This document shows positions 40,205 to 50,019 of a stretch of DNA of 64,000 bases, one piece after another; positions within the stretch are counted from its first letter, which is position 1; each line of letters starts with the position of its first letter. The stretch spans positions 1,024,001-1,088,000 of the forward strand of contig CAVYGB010000002.1 in assembly GCA_963767925.1 (NCBI GenBank). Reading direction: 5' to 3'. The stretch comes from an uncultured delta proteobacterium (lineage in GTDB: Bacteria > Myxococcota_A > Polyangia > Fen-1088). The position numbers were made by a program, and so were the translations under genes. The notes under the pieces were generated by a model. It saw only the letters and a list, made by a program, of their open reading frames with translations. It was not told the DNA's origin and did not search any database.

Positions 40205-41296
40205 ATGCCCACGAGTCCCTCCCCGCCCGCCACCCGCCGCCCCCGCATCCGGCGCGCCTTCATCGTCATCGCCGCTGCGATCATCCTGGTGCCGGCCACC
40301 GTGACCGGCGTGGGCTGTGCGCTCTCCGGGCCGGTGCACACCGGGCCGCGTTCGGATCACTTCGATGGGGAGCGCTTCGTCAACATGCGCGCGGTCCCCC
40401 ACGGCGGCTTCGGCGACTTCTTGCGCTGGCAATGGAGCCGCGAGCGGGGACCCTGGACCCGCCGCGACGGCGCCGCCGGCCCGCGACCGCCCACCCGCGT
40501 CCCCCGCGGCGACATGCGCATCACCTTCGTCAACCACGCCACCACGCTCTTGCAGCTCGATGGCCTCAACCTGCTCACCGACCCGATCTGGTCAGAGCGC
40601 TGCAGCCCCTTCTCCTGGATCGGCCCGCGCCGCCAGCAGCCGCCCGGCGTGCGCTTCGAAGATCTGCCGCCCATCGACGCGGTGGTGATCAGCCACAACC
40701 ACTACGACCACCTCGACCTGCCCACCCTGCGCCGCCTCGCCGACAGCCACCGCCCGCGCTTCTTCGTCGGCCTGGGCAACCGCGCCCTGCTCGAGAAGGC
40801 CGGCATCGCCCGGGTCACCGAGATCGACTGGTGGGAGACCGTGCGGCTCGATGGCGACGTGCAGGTGACCGGCGTCCCCGCCCAGCACTTCTCGAACCGA
40901 GGCCTGTTCGACCGCGACGGCACCCTCTGGCTCGGCTACCTGGTCCGCGGTCCGGCCGGCTCGGCCTTCTTCGCCGGAGACACCGGCGCCGGCCCCCACT
41001 TCGCCGAGATCCGCCGCCGCTACGGCTCGCCCCGGCTGGCCATCTTGCCCATCGGCGCCTTCCGGCCCGAGTGGTTCATGGCCGGCGTCCACGTCTCGCC
41101 CGAGGAGGCGGTCGTCGCCCACGAGACCCTCGGCGCCGGAACCAGCGTGGGCATCCACTTCGGCACCTTCCCCCTCGCCGACGACGGCCAGGACGAACCG
41201 CCGCTCGCCTTGCGGGCCGCCCTCGCCCGGCGCCCCGAGGGCCAGCGCCCCCGGTTCCTCGTGCTGGCGCCGGGCGAAGGTCGCACCCTGGATTGA
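40205..41296 (+). CDS. MBL-fold metallohydrolase (NAPE-PLD/RomA-like)
   Basis: LTDPIW, ISHNHYDHLD, PAQHFS, FAGDTG, LPIGA and IHFGTF. Confidence 0.9.
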   Translation: MPTSPSPPATRRPRIRRAFIVIAAAIILVPATVTGVGCALSGPVHTGPRSDHFDGERFVNMRAVPHGGFGDFLRWQWSRERGPWTRRDGAAGPRPPTRVPRGDMRITFVNHATTLLQLDGLNLLTDPIWSERCSPFSWIGPRRQQPPGVRFEDLPPIDAVVISHNHYDHLDLPTLRRLADSHRPRFFVGLGNRALLEKAGIARVTEIDWWETVRLDGDVQVTGVPAQHFSNRGLFDRDGTLWLGYLVRGPAGSAFFAGDTGAGPHFAEIRRRYGSPRLAILPIGAFRPEWFMAGVHVSPEEAVVAHETLGAGTSVGIHFGTFPLADDGQDEPPLALRAALARRPEGQRPRFLVLAPGEGRTLD

Positions 41297-41384
41297 CCGG
41301 CGCGGCCGGGCGCTCCCGGCCGCCCCGGTCGCTGCGCCAGGGACTGTCTTCGAAGTCGGGTTCCCTCGCTTCGCTCGGGCCCGA

Positions 41385-42572
41385 CTAGTTGTTCAGCTCG
41401 CCGTGGGCCACGACCTCGAACGCGCTCGCCGGCACGTCGGCCAGCTCGGAGATCTCGTCGTCGTTCCAGGCCGGGTTGGCCTCGCCGGTGATGAACCAGT
41501 CGCCGCCGTTGTCCGCCAGGAACATGCCGTACTCCTTGAGCGCCGTGAGGATCACGCGGGCGGTGGGACCGAACCCGCTGACGTCGAAGTCGGCCTTGAG
41601 GCGCACGCGCAGGCCCATCGGGGGCAGCGCCGGATCGGTCGAGGGGCTGGCGAAGTGGCGGGCGGGCGCCACGTAGGCCCGCTGGGTGCGCTGCACGGTG
41701 AAGCGCAGGGCGTGGGCGATGCGACCGGCCTTCACCTCGTCGTGGCGGATCAGCCCCGGCAAGATGGGCAAGCCGGCAGCGTCGGCGCTGGTCCAGCCCG
41801 CCGGGCGCAGGCCGTTCGAGCGCAGGTCGAAGATGGCGCCCGATCCGGCGTGCCAGCCGGCCCCGTTGCGGTTCGTGTCGAAGGTCTCGTAGAGCGTGCA
41901 GCTATCGCGCTCGACGACGAGGATGTGCCGATCGCTGCCGAGCTCGACGGGGGCGTCGGCCGGGATCGGGTAGGGGCCGGGGTCGCTCTCGTCCTCGTAG
42001 TCGAACGACATCGGCACCTGCGCCTGCGAGCCGGGCACGACGATGAAGGGGATCCCATATTCGCCGTCGCCGCCGAAGTCGGCGTGAAGGAAGCGGCCGC
42101 CGGCGTTCATGGCGGCCATGTACTCCTCGGAGCGCGGGTCGACGGGGTCGTCGCTCACCTTCTGATTCCAGGGGTTGCTGGCCGGGAAGATCGGGCAGCC
42201 AGCGAGGCTGGGGCCGCCCTGCGCCGGGGGCGGGGGAGCCGGGGGAGTGGGGGGCGGGGGAGCCGGGGGAGTGGGCGCCGGCGGCGTCGGCGGCTCCTCG
42301 GGCGGAGTGGGCGCGGGGGCCGGCTCTTCAGGGGGAGTCGGCGCAGGCGGGGTAGGGGCGGGGGGCGTCGTGCAATCGGGAAGCGCGGACACCGGGAGCG
42401 GCGCCGACGCCGCCGGGACCTCCCCCGTCGCGCGCCGCTCGCCGCTGGCACTGCGGACGCTTTCACTGTACCGGTCGACCGCACCGGGCGCGCAGCCGAA
42501 CGCCGCGCTGGCGAGCGCGGCGCCGAAGAGAGAAATGACCGTCTGAGACTTTCTTTGTTGGGTTCGGAGCAT
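41385..42572 (-). CDS. Hypothetical secreted lipoprotein with Pro-rich linker
   Basis: AAFGC lipobox; conserved-looking domain with FPASNPWN, SDRH, SADAAGLPILPGL and ALKEYGMFLADNG. Confidence 0.75.
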   Translation of the reverse strand: MLRTQQRKSQTVISLFGAALASAAFGCAPGAVDRYSESVRSASGERRATGEVPAASAPLPVSALPDCTTPPAPTPPAPTPPEEPAPAPTPPEEPPTPPAPTPPAPPPPTPPAPPPPAQGGPSLAGCPIFPASNPWNQKVSDDPVDPRSEEYMAAMNAGGRFLHADFGGDGEYGIPFIVVPGSQAQVPMSFDYEDESDPGPYPIPADAPVELGSDRHILVVERDSCTLYETFDTNRNGAGWHAGSGAIFDLRSNGLRPAGWTSADAAGLPILPGLIRHDEVKAGRIAHALRFTVQRTQRAYVAPARHFASPSTDPALPPMGLRVRLKADFDVSGFGPTARVILTALKEYGMFLADNGGDWFITGEANPAWNDDEISELADVPASAFEVVAHGELNN

Positions 42573-42823
42573 CGGCGGAGGGTAAGCATCAAACCTGTCC
42601 GTGCACGCCCCTTCATCGACACGGCCCCCTAAATGGGGACTCCCATTGTGAAGAGGAGTGCCGGCCAGGAGCACCTCACAACACTTCCCCCGTGCAAGAT
42701 TTGCGAATACGACGCGCTCACAACCAGAACACAGCCGCGAATGCGCACACTCTGCCGGCAGCGTGAATCAGGCTGGTTTCATCGCCAACCGCGCGTCCTC
42801 CGAGCGCCGCGACCGTCGACGTG

Positions 42824-44365
42824 TCACGACTTGCCGGAGGCCCTGGTTGCGATCTCGCGGGGTGGCAGCTGGTAGAGGGGTTGATTCTTTCGCCACAGGT
42901 AGTCGACGTAGGGCTCGATCGACATTTCCTGTCCGGTCGCTCTCCGCATCAGCTCGCCCGCCGTGAACTTGGCGCCATGTCGGTAAACGTTGGTTCGCAA
43001 CCAGGTCTGCAGGGTGCCGAACTCGCCCGTCGCGAGGCGCGCCGGGATCTCGGGATGCGCAGCGACCGCGGCAGCATACAGCTGGGCGCTCATGATGTTG
43101 CCCAGCGTGTACCCCTGAAACACCCCACCGATTCGGCCGGTATACCAGTGCACGTCCTGAAGCACGCCGTGGGTGTCGTCGGGCACCGGGAGGCCGAGGT
43201 CGGCCTCGAAGCGCTCGCGCCAGACCTGCGCGAGGTCCTTGATGGCGACACGACCTTCGAGCAGATCGAGCTCGAGGTCGAAGCGCAGCATCACGTGCAA
43301 GTTGTAGGTCACCTCGTCGGCCTGGCCGCGAAGCAAGGAGGGCTGCACACGATTGATCGCCCGGTAAAAGGTCTCGAGATCAACGCCCGCCAGCTGTTCC
43401 GGGAGGGCCTGCCGCAATCTGGGATAGAAGTACTCCCAGAAGCCTCGGCTGCGACCCACGAGGTTCTCCCAGAGCCGAGCCTGACTCTCGTCCAGTCCTG
43501 CGGAGGGAGGTCCTTTGAGCGGCGACCCTTCGAGATCCTGGCTCCCGCCCTGCTCGTAAAGCCCGTGGCCCGCTTCGTGGAGGGCGATAAAGAGAGACTC
43601 GGTGAAGTTGTCATCACGCACGCGCGTGGTGACGCGGACATCGTCGAGCGCGATCCGGGTCGAGAAGGGGTGGGGCGTCAGGTCGAGGCGTCCGCGCTCG
43701 AAGTCGTAGCCGATCGCCCCGATCGCTTGCCGCGCGATCTCGAGCTGTCGGCCTGCCGGGACGACCTGCCGCAGGCAGGAGGCGTCCGCCGGGGGCCGGG
43801 CGGCGATGGCTCGCACAAGCGGGACGAGCTGGGCCCGCAACGCCTGGAACATCTGGCGTATGTCCGAGGCGGTCATGCCCTCGTCCTCGAGCGCGATGAG
43901 CGGGTCGGCGATGCATTCGTAACCTGGAAAGCACTCCGCGCGACGACGGCTCAGCTCCAGGACCTTCTCCAGTAGCGGACTGACCGAGGCGAAGTCGTTG
44001 GCCGGCCGGGCCCGGGTCCAGGCTTGATACGTCCTGGCAGCCTGTTCCTCGATCTCGGCGACGAGTGATACCGGGACACGAACCGAGCGATCGTACAGGC
44101 GCCGCGTGACACGAACCAGCGAGGCCTCGACAGAATCAGGAGAGAGCGAGGCTGTCTCCCGCGCCACCCGGTCGAGCAAGCGCCCCATCGAAACATCGGT
44201 GAGCTTCTCGTGGGCGAGGCGGGTCAAGGTCGCGAGCTGTCGTCCCCGCGCCGCGCCGCCCCCGGCCGGCATGTACGTCATCTGGTCCCAGCGTGCCAGC
44301 GACGCCGCGCCCTGGAGATCGTCGATCTCCAGGAGCCGCGCCCGAAGCTCGTCGAGATCCTTCAT
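42824..44365 (-). CDS. Carboxypeptidase M32 (Taq-like)
   Basis: [33 protein letters not shown] and GVLQDVHW. Confidence 0.93.
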   Translation of the reverse strand: MKDLDELRARLLEIDDLQGAASLARWDQMTYMPAGGGAARGRQLATLTRLAHEKLTDVSMGRLLDRVARETASLSPDSVEASLVRVTRRLYDRSVRVPVSLVAEIEEQAARTYQAWTRARPANDFASVSPLLEKVLELSRRRAECFPGYECIADPLIALEDEGMTASDIRQMFQALRAQLVPLVRAIAARPPADASCLRQVVPAGRQLEIARQAIGAIGYDFERGRLDLTPHPFSTRIALDDVRVTTRVRDDNFTESLFIALHEAGHGLYEQGGSQDLEGSPLKGPPSAGLDESQARLWENLVGRSRGFWEYFYPRLRQALPEQLAGVDLETFYRAINRVQPSLLRGQADEVTYNLHVMLRFDLELDLLEGRVAIKDLAQVWRERFEADLGLPVPDDTHGVLQDVHWYTGRIGGVFQGYTLGNIMSAQLYAAAVAAHPEIPARLATGEFGTLQTWLRTNVYRHGAKFTAGELMRRATGQEMSIEPYVDYLWRKNQPLYQLPPREIATRASGKS

Positions 44366-44676
44366 GGTAGCCGGGTCGAACCTGAGCGCGGGATAGATGC
44401 CCGAACGGGTGAAGTGGCGTCCGTCAGGGCGCGCGAGGCGCGGAAAACTCGCCCCCCGAGGCCTGTTCGTCCAGCCATCTCCCTCAGACTCAGGGGCCGC
44501 ATGTCCGTCCAGACCTCTTCCATGTGCGCCAGGCAGTCGGTCTTCGAGCCAGTCTCGCCCAGGGTGCGCCAGCCTGACGGCACGTCACGATCGGCGAGCC
44601 AGATCGAAAACGGCTCCTCGTCGTTGATCACGACGCCGTACGTCCGCGCGTCCTCGCTGCCGTCCGTTGTCGACAT
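44362..44676 (-). CDS. MbtH-like protein with C-terminal extension
   Basis: [15 protein letters not shown] and [18 protein letters not shown]. Confidence 0.88.
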   Translation of the reverse strand: MSTTDGSEDARTYGVVINDEEPFSIWLADRDVPSGWRTLGETGSKTDCLAHMEEVWTDMRPLSLREMAGRTGLGGRVFRASRALTDATSPVRASIPRSGSTRLP

Positions 44677-44736
44677 GGCTCCCTCTTAGCTCATTTTGAC
44701 CGACCTCCGGACAGAAACTCGGGGGTTCCCCATTCG

Positions 44737-44843
44737 AGTTTGCCGGGAACGCGGGTCGCACCACGCGCCCGACCCGCCCACCGGCGCAGTCGAAGGGGGA
44801 GTAGTGCCCTTTTCAAGTTTGCGGGAACGCGGGTCGCACCACG
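44737..44843. repeat. Pair of ~29-bp direct repeats with a 50-bp spacer
   Basis: AGTTTGC(C)GGGAACGCGGGTCGCACCACG at 44737-44765 and 44816-44843. Confidence 0.85.
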
Positions 44844-45219
44844 TGTGCGGCCGGGCACATCGCAGGGGAGACGTCGGGATCGCCACTGCTCCGCGTCCGT
44901 TCATTCGACTCCAGGCCCGCGCAACAGGACCGGTCCGGAACGGCAAAAGCGCCGGTCGCCGGAAGGCGCGGGGAGCGAACGATCCCGGGTGGGGGCGATG
45001 CATCCCGAGTGCGTTCTGCACAGCACGCACTGGCAGTCGGCGAGGAGCGCCGAGACGGGTGCGCTCGAGCCGGGATACGAACCCGCTCCGCCTCGACCAT
45101 GGTCGAGGGGAGGCGTGGGGCCGGGCGGCGAGGTTGAAGGCGAGGGCGGGGGCGGGGGCGAGGGCGAGGGCGAGAGTCGCCGGGATGCTGGGGGCGTGGC
45201 CGCTCGCCGGTGGGCGGCG

Positions 45220-48200
45220 TCAGGTTGGCAGGACGAGGCCGGTGTCGGCGTCGACCATGACCAGGTCGCCCGGGCGCAGGCGGTCGAGGGCGCCGGTCAC
45301 GCCGACGATCGCGGGGAGGTTGCGCTCGCGGGCCTGGGTGGCGACGTGGTCGAGGGGCCCGCCCGTCTCGGTGATCAGGGCGGCGACCCGCAGCAGCGGT
45401 AGCTCCGACGGCAGGAGGGTGGTGGCCACCAGGATGGCGTCCGGCGCCGGGGGCGGGCCGGCGGGATCGTGCCGGTGCACCCGGCCGAGGGCCCGGCCAC
45501 CGGTCCCCACACCCCGCAGGACCCCAGGCGTGAGCTGCCCGCCCGACTTGGACGGAAGCGGCGGCGGATCCCGCAGGGCCGCGGCGAAGGCAGCGCGACC
45601 CGCGGCAACCAGCGCGCGCAGCTCCTCCGCCCCCGCCGGCCAGCGTTCGGGTTGCTCCGCGCCGCCGGCCCCACCGCCCCTCCGCGGGTCATCAGCACCG
45701 ACGCCGCCGCCCGCTTCTTCGCCGGGTCCTCCCGCGACCGGCGACTCGCCCTGGCTCCTGCCTATCGATCCACCAGAAGCTTCGGGCACCACCGCGCCGC
45801 CCGGTCCAGCGTTCGCCGACGCGTCCAGACCCGACGACGCCACGGCCCCCTCCGCCCGCCCCGGATCGTGAGACGCGGCCGCAGAGGAAGATGGCGCCAC
45901 ATCCGAGGCGCCCGGACTGACCGCCGAAGCGTCGTCGCCAGCCGCGACCGCCGGCGAGGCTTCTGCAGACACGGAGGCGGCGGTCGCAGCGGCGCCGGGG
46001 GCGCGCACGAGGTTGGCCGCCGAGGTGGGATCGGGCGCCGCGGCGGCCGTGGCGGAGGGCGCGGCGGCGGCAGGGTAGGTCGCGGTGGCGGGGAGGCGGG
46101 AGGCGGCGAGGGGGCGGAGCTTGTCGAGGGGGATGAAGAAGACGTCGTCGGGGTGGTCGAGGTGGGCTGCGGCTGTGAGCTGGTGGCCCAGGGCCAGGAG
46201 GGCGCGGCGGACCGCGGTCTGCAAGCGGGCGTAGATCCAGTCGTCGTTCTCGGCGGCGGCGGCGGCGGCGCGGGCGGTGGCGAGGACGGTGTCCCACTCG
46301 GCGAGCAGGGGTGCGGGCAGGCGGGCGCGCACCTCGTTGGCGGCGGATTTCCAGGGGGGTGGGGCTCCGTGGGGGGCCGACGGCTCCTCGTTACCGGCGC
46401 GCGGGAGGCTGGCGGGCGCGGCGCCGCCCGCGCTGTGCGCGAGGCGGTCGGAGAGGGACTGGGGCTGGTCGCGGTGGGTGGGCGCGGAGACATCCCAGAC
46501 GCTGCTCTCGTCGCCGAACCGGTCGAGGTACGCCGCGAGAGCCTGCTGGCGGGCCTCGGCCGCGGAAGCCCGCGCCGATCGCCTCCGCCAGACCGCGCCG
46601 CTCGCTGGCGACAGATTCGACGTCGGAGAGAAGCAGAGCCACCGTCCGATCGATGACCGCCGCGCCACTGCTCGCCCCCAGCGCCGTACCTCCCGAACCC
46701 GGCGCCACCGCAGCCGAACCTGGCGCCGGCGCTCTGGCTGAAGCCGGCGCCACGGCCGGAGACACGGGCGCCGAACCTCCAGAGCCCGACGAAGGTCGTC
46801 CAGAGCCCAACGCCGCTCCTCCGGACACCTGCGCCGCTCCTCCAGGCCCGACGCCCTCCTCCAGACCCGACGCCGCTCCTCCAGACCCGACGCCGCTCCT
46901 CCAGAGCCCGACGCCGCTCCTCCAGAGCCCGACGCCGCTCCTCCAGAGCCCGACGCCGCTCCTCCAGAGCCCGACGCCGCTCCTCCAGAGCCCGACGCCG
47001 CTCCTCCAGAGCCCGACGCCGCTCCTCCAGAGTCCAGCGCGGCTCCTCCCGAGCCTGGCGCGGCGGCTGTGCCCTTGTCCGGGGCGGCACCGCTCGACTC
47101 GGTTCCCGCACCGGCGGATGCCATCGCCGCGCCGAAGGACCAGGGCTCCGGTCCGGCGGGCGGGGGTGCGGGGTTGCCGGAGGGGGGCGCGAGGGCGAGT
47201 GGGGTGGCGGAACGGGGGGTGGGGGGTTGGGGGGCGGCGGCGAGTGAGGAGGTTGAAGCGGCGGTGGGGGGCGCGGGGGCGGGGGGCGGGGCGTGGCGGT
47301 GGAGGAAGGCGCGGAGGGCGGTGCGGGCCTGGTGGAGGGCGGGGCGGAGGGTGCCGTACAGGCGTTCGTAATACGTCGTGAAGGTTCGGAGCGTGGGCTC
47401 GAGGGCGGGCGGGGTCGTGAGGTTGGCCAGGGCGGCTTCGACGTCACGCTCGAGCTGGGCGAGCTCGACGGGGATTTGGGTGGGGAGAATCGTGCGGGGG
47501 GCGGGGGGGCCGCCGTCGGACCAGAAGAGGTAGCCGCGGACCACACGCTGGCGCATGCCGGTCCGGCAGGTGGCGTCGACGAGGGCGACGAGGCCGGCCT
47601 GCGCGGGGCTGAGGGGCAGCGGATTGTGGGCGGCGTCCCAGCGCCAGGTGCCGTCGGTGGGCAGCTCGCGCTGGCCGGGCCAGGCGCGGGCCGCGGGGGG
47701 GGCCCGATATGGGCGCATCTGCAGGAAGGTCAAGCGGCCGCGGTCAGCGACCCACTCGACCTCGACGGGGCCGAAGCGGGCGGCCAGCGCGCGGAGGGCC
47801 GCGTGCAGGGCCGTGCGCACGTCTTCAGGCACCGGTCCGTCGCGGGCGTCGATCACCGGATCGCGCCAGGGCGCGCCGGGATCCCAGGCCGCGCCGCCGG
47901 CGTGGGCCCCCGACTTGTGGCGGTGAATCAGCACCGCGACCGGCGGCTCGGCGAGGCGCCGGCCGTGCGCCGAGGCGTACGCGGCCGCGGCCGGCTCCAG
48001 CGCCGAGCGGAGCACGTCGCGAAGCGCGGCCTCCACCCCCTCGGCCGGCACGGCCGTGTGCGACCGGTAGATGCCCGCCGCCACCGACCCCGCCGTATCC
48101 TCGGCGACGAACGACGAACGCACCGAAAACGTCGCGCCCCCCAGCGCCTGCAACCGCCAGGCGAGGTCCTCCGAGAACCCCTCCGGCAACGCCCCCTCCT

Positions 48201-49188
48201 CCACCGCCGCCCGCGCCGCCCGCACCTCCGGCGCCTCCTCCGCCCCCGAGGCCCGTCCTGCCGCACGCAGGTCCAGAGCGCCCGGCGTCTCCACCCCCTC
48301 GCGCGCCGCCGCCCCCGCCTCCGGACCTTCCATGCCCGCGCGCGACGCCGCCCCCCCCGCTACCGCCACTCGTGCACCGACTGCCACCGCCCGGGCCACA
48401 ACGGACTCCCGCGCGGTAACGGGCGTCCGCCCTGCGACCATCTCCGCCGTCTCTGCCCCCTCCGGCGCCACCACCGCCGAGCCTGGCTCCTCTCCCGACC
48501 CTCGCGCCGCGCCCCCCGCATCGCGCGACTCCGGCGTCTCCAGCCCCCCTCGGGGCCCCTCCTCCCCCACGTCCGTCTCGCGAGCCTCCGCTGCGCGACC
48601 ACCCTCCGTTTCGTGGGCTTCCGCTGCGCGACCCCCTTTCGCGGTCTCGCGACCCTCGTCCGCGCCGCCCTCAGCCGCTCGACCACCCTCCGCCGCCCGA
48701 CCCTCCGCCTCGCCGCCCTCAGCCGCTCGACCACCCTCCCCCGCCTCACGACCCTTCTCCGCGCGACCCTCCGCCGCCTCGCGACGCTCCGTGGTCCGGG
48801 GCGACTTTCCTGTCCCCACCGGCGTCGGGGTCTCGGCCGCGTCCAGCGCGTGGGCACCCGCCCTGGTCTGCCGTCCGGCTGCTGCGGGTGGGGCTGTGTG
48901 GCGGGACTCCGCGGTGTCCCGCGCCATCACGGTCGTGATGGGTTCGTCCTCGTCGAGGTCCTGGCCTGCCTCCGGCTTCCCTGGCTGGCGGCTCTCCAGC
49001 ACCGCCTCGAGCGCCCCGGTGCCGGCCTGGGCGCGGACCAGGTGGGCGAAGAGGGCGTGGGTGACGACGAAACCTGCGGGGGTGGGCAGGCCGGCCTGGC
49101 GAAGGCGGGCGAGGGAACGGGCCTTGCCGCCGACGCGCGGGTCGTCGGTCAGCTCGAGGAAGAGATCGTCTGGCGGGGCAGCCGGCAT
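45220..49188 (-). CDS. PEP-utilising/pyruvate phosphate dikinase-like protein (rifampin phosphotransferase-like domain order) with long low-complexity inserts
   Basis: GGKARSL, PAGFVV, SVRSS..AED...AG, VEVEW, LQMRP and C-terminal TETGGPLDHVATQARE..LPAIVG. Confidence 0.8.
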   Translation of the reverse strand: MPAAPPDDLFLELTDDPRVGGKARSLARLRQAGLPTPAGFVVTHALFAHLVRAQAGTGALEAVLESRQPGKPEAGQDLDEDEPITTVMARDTAESRHTAPPAAAGRQTRAGAHALDAAETPTPVGTGKSPRTTERREAAEGRAEKGREAGEGGRAAEGGEAEGRAAEGGRAAEGGADEGRETAKGGRAAEAHETEGGRAAEARETDVGEEGPRGGLETPESRDAGGAARGSGEEPGSAVVAPEGAETAEMVAGRTPVTARESVVARAVAVGARVAVAGGAASRAGMEGPEAGAAAREGVETPGALDLRAAGRASGAEEAPEVRAARAAVEEGALPEGFSEDLAWRLQALGGATFSVRSSFVAEDTAGSVAAGIYRSHTAVPAEGVEAALRDVLRSALEPAAAAYASAHGRRLAEPPVAVLIHRHKSGAHAGGAAWDPGAPWRDPVIDARDGPVPEDVRTALHAALRALAARFGPVEVEWVADRGRLTFLQMRPYRAPPAARAWPGQRELPTDGTWRWDAAHNPLPLSPAQAGLVALVDATCRTGMRQRVVRGYLFWSDGGPPAPRTILPTQIPVELAQLERDVEAALANLTTPPALEPTLRTFTTYYERLYGTLRPALHQARTALRAFLHRHAPPPAPAPPTAASTSSLAAAPQPPTPRSATPLALAPPSGNPAPPPAGPEPWSFGAAMASAGAGTESSGAAPDKGTAAAPGSGGAALDSGGAASGSGGAASGSGGAASGSGGAASGSGGAASGSGGAASGSGGAASGLEERRRVWRRASGLEERRRCPEERRWALDDLRRALEVRRPCLRPWRRLQPERRRQVRLRWRRVREVRRWGRAVARRSSIGRWLCFSPTSNLSPASGAVWRRRSARASAAEARQQALAAYLDRFGDESSVWDVSAPTHRDQPQSLSDRLAHSAGGAAPASLPRAGNEEPSAPHGAPPPWKSAANEVRARLPAPLLAEWDTVLATARAAAAAAENDDWIYARLQTAVRRALLALGHQLTAAAHLDHPDDVFFIPLDKLRPLAASRLPATATYPAAAAPSATAAAAPDPTSAANLVRAPGAAATAASVSAEASPAVAAGDDASAVSPGASDVAPSSSAAASHDPGRAEGAVASSGLDASANAGPGGAVVPEASGGSIGRSQGESPVAGGPGEEAGGGVGADDPRRGGGAGGAEQPERWPAGAEELRALVAAGRAAFAAALRDPPPLPSKSGGQLTPGVLRGVGTGGRALGRVHRHDPAGPPPAPDAILVATTLLPSELPLLRVAALITETGGPLDHVATQARERNLPAIVGVTGALDRLRPGDLVMVDADTGLVLPT
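46805..47037. repeat. 21-bp coding tandem repeat (SGSGGAA)n
   Basis: CCAGAGCCCGACGCCGCTCCT repeated about 6 times perfectly, with degenerate flanking copies. Confidence 0.9.
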
Positions 49189-49289
49189 GGACGGGGGCCA
49201 GCTCCATCTTACGGCCCTGACCCGGTTCTGCGCGAACCTGCGGCCTGCCGCCGTCGAGGCAGCATGAAAATTTACGTATAGTGAGGCCG

Positions 49290-49862
49290 ATGCGGGGACC
49301 TCTGCTTTCGGGGCCGGTCGGCGGCGCGGTGACTCTGGGGCGGTTGACGGCGATGCTGCGTGACCAGGGGCCGACGGTGGTGGTGCGATCGGCCTGGCTG
49401 GGTCTCACCCTGTGCGCGGAGCTCTCGGTGCTGGCGGTGCTCCCGGCGACCGCCCGCTCGGCGGCCCGCCGCCGGCGCCGCAAGAGCCAGGGGCTGCCGC
49501 CCTCCCTGTTCGTGCTGGGGGGCGCGGCTGCGCCGCTGCAGCCGGGGACGGCCGGGTCGATCGTCGTGGCCGACCTCGCCGAGATCGACCCGCCCGCGCT
49601 CGTGTCCTTCCTGATCGACCTGGCGGCGCTGGTGCGCCCGGGCGGGATTGTCGTCGGCGTCGACCGCACCAAAGACGCCGCCACCGAGGCCCGCCTCGCC
49701 GGGGCGCTGCTGACCGCGGGCTTCCTCGGCATCGGACAGGAGCGCCCGCGCGAGGGGGCCCTGCTGACCCGGGCCAGCCCGCCGTCGCCCACGGTGCGCG
49801 CGATCCTGGCCAGCGCGGTCGCCGCCAGCGCGGTCGCCCTCTCCCCACCACCGCCCGCCTGA
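49290..49862 (+). CDS. Hypothetical protein (possible degenerate methyltransferase-like fold)
   Basis: ORF with LAALVRPGGIVVGVD; coding-like GC3. Confidence 0.5.
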   Translation: MRGPLLSGPVGGAVTLGRLTAMLRDQGPTVVVRSAWLGLTLCAELSVLAVLPATARSAARRRRRKSQGLPPSLFVLGGAAAPLQPGTAGSIVVADLAEIDPPALVSFLIDLAALVRPGGIVVGVDRTKDAATEARLAGALLTAGFLGIGQERPREGALLTRASPPSPTVRAILASAVAASAVALSPPPPA

Positions 49863-50019
49863 CCCGAGCCACCCCGGCCCGCGCCCCTGCGCCGGCGCGG
49901 TCGCCCTCCGTCCTGCACCGGCGCCTGCCCGGCCGAGGCCACTGGCCGGGGCCGGCGGATTGGCCCAGGATGGCGCTCGATGAACGCCTTGCGCCCGAGG
50001 GGCGTCTAACATTCCATCC

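Noticed and set aside
42824..44676. NRPS biosynthetic gene cluster
   Set aside because: No A, C or T domain genes in the window; only the MbtH-like gene.
44737..44843. Possible mini-CRISPR
   Set aside because: Only two repeats, no cas genes, no AT-rich leader; kept only as a direct repeat.
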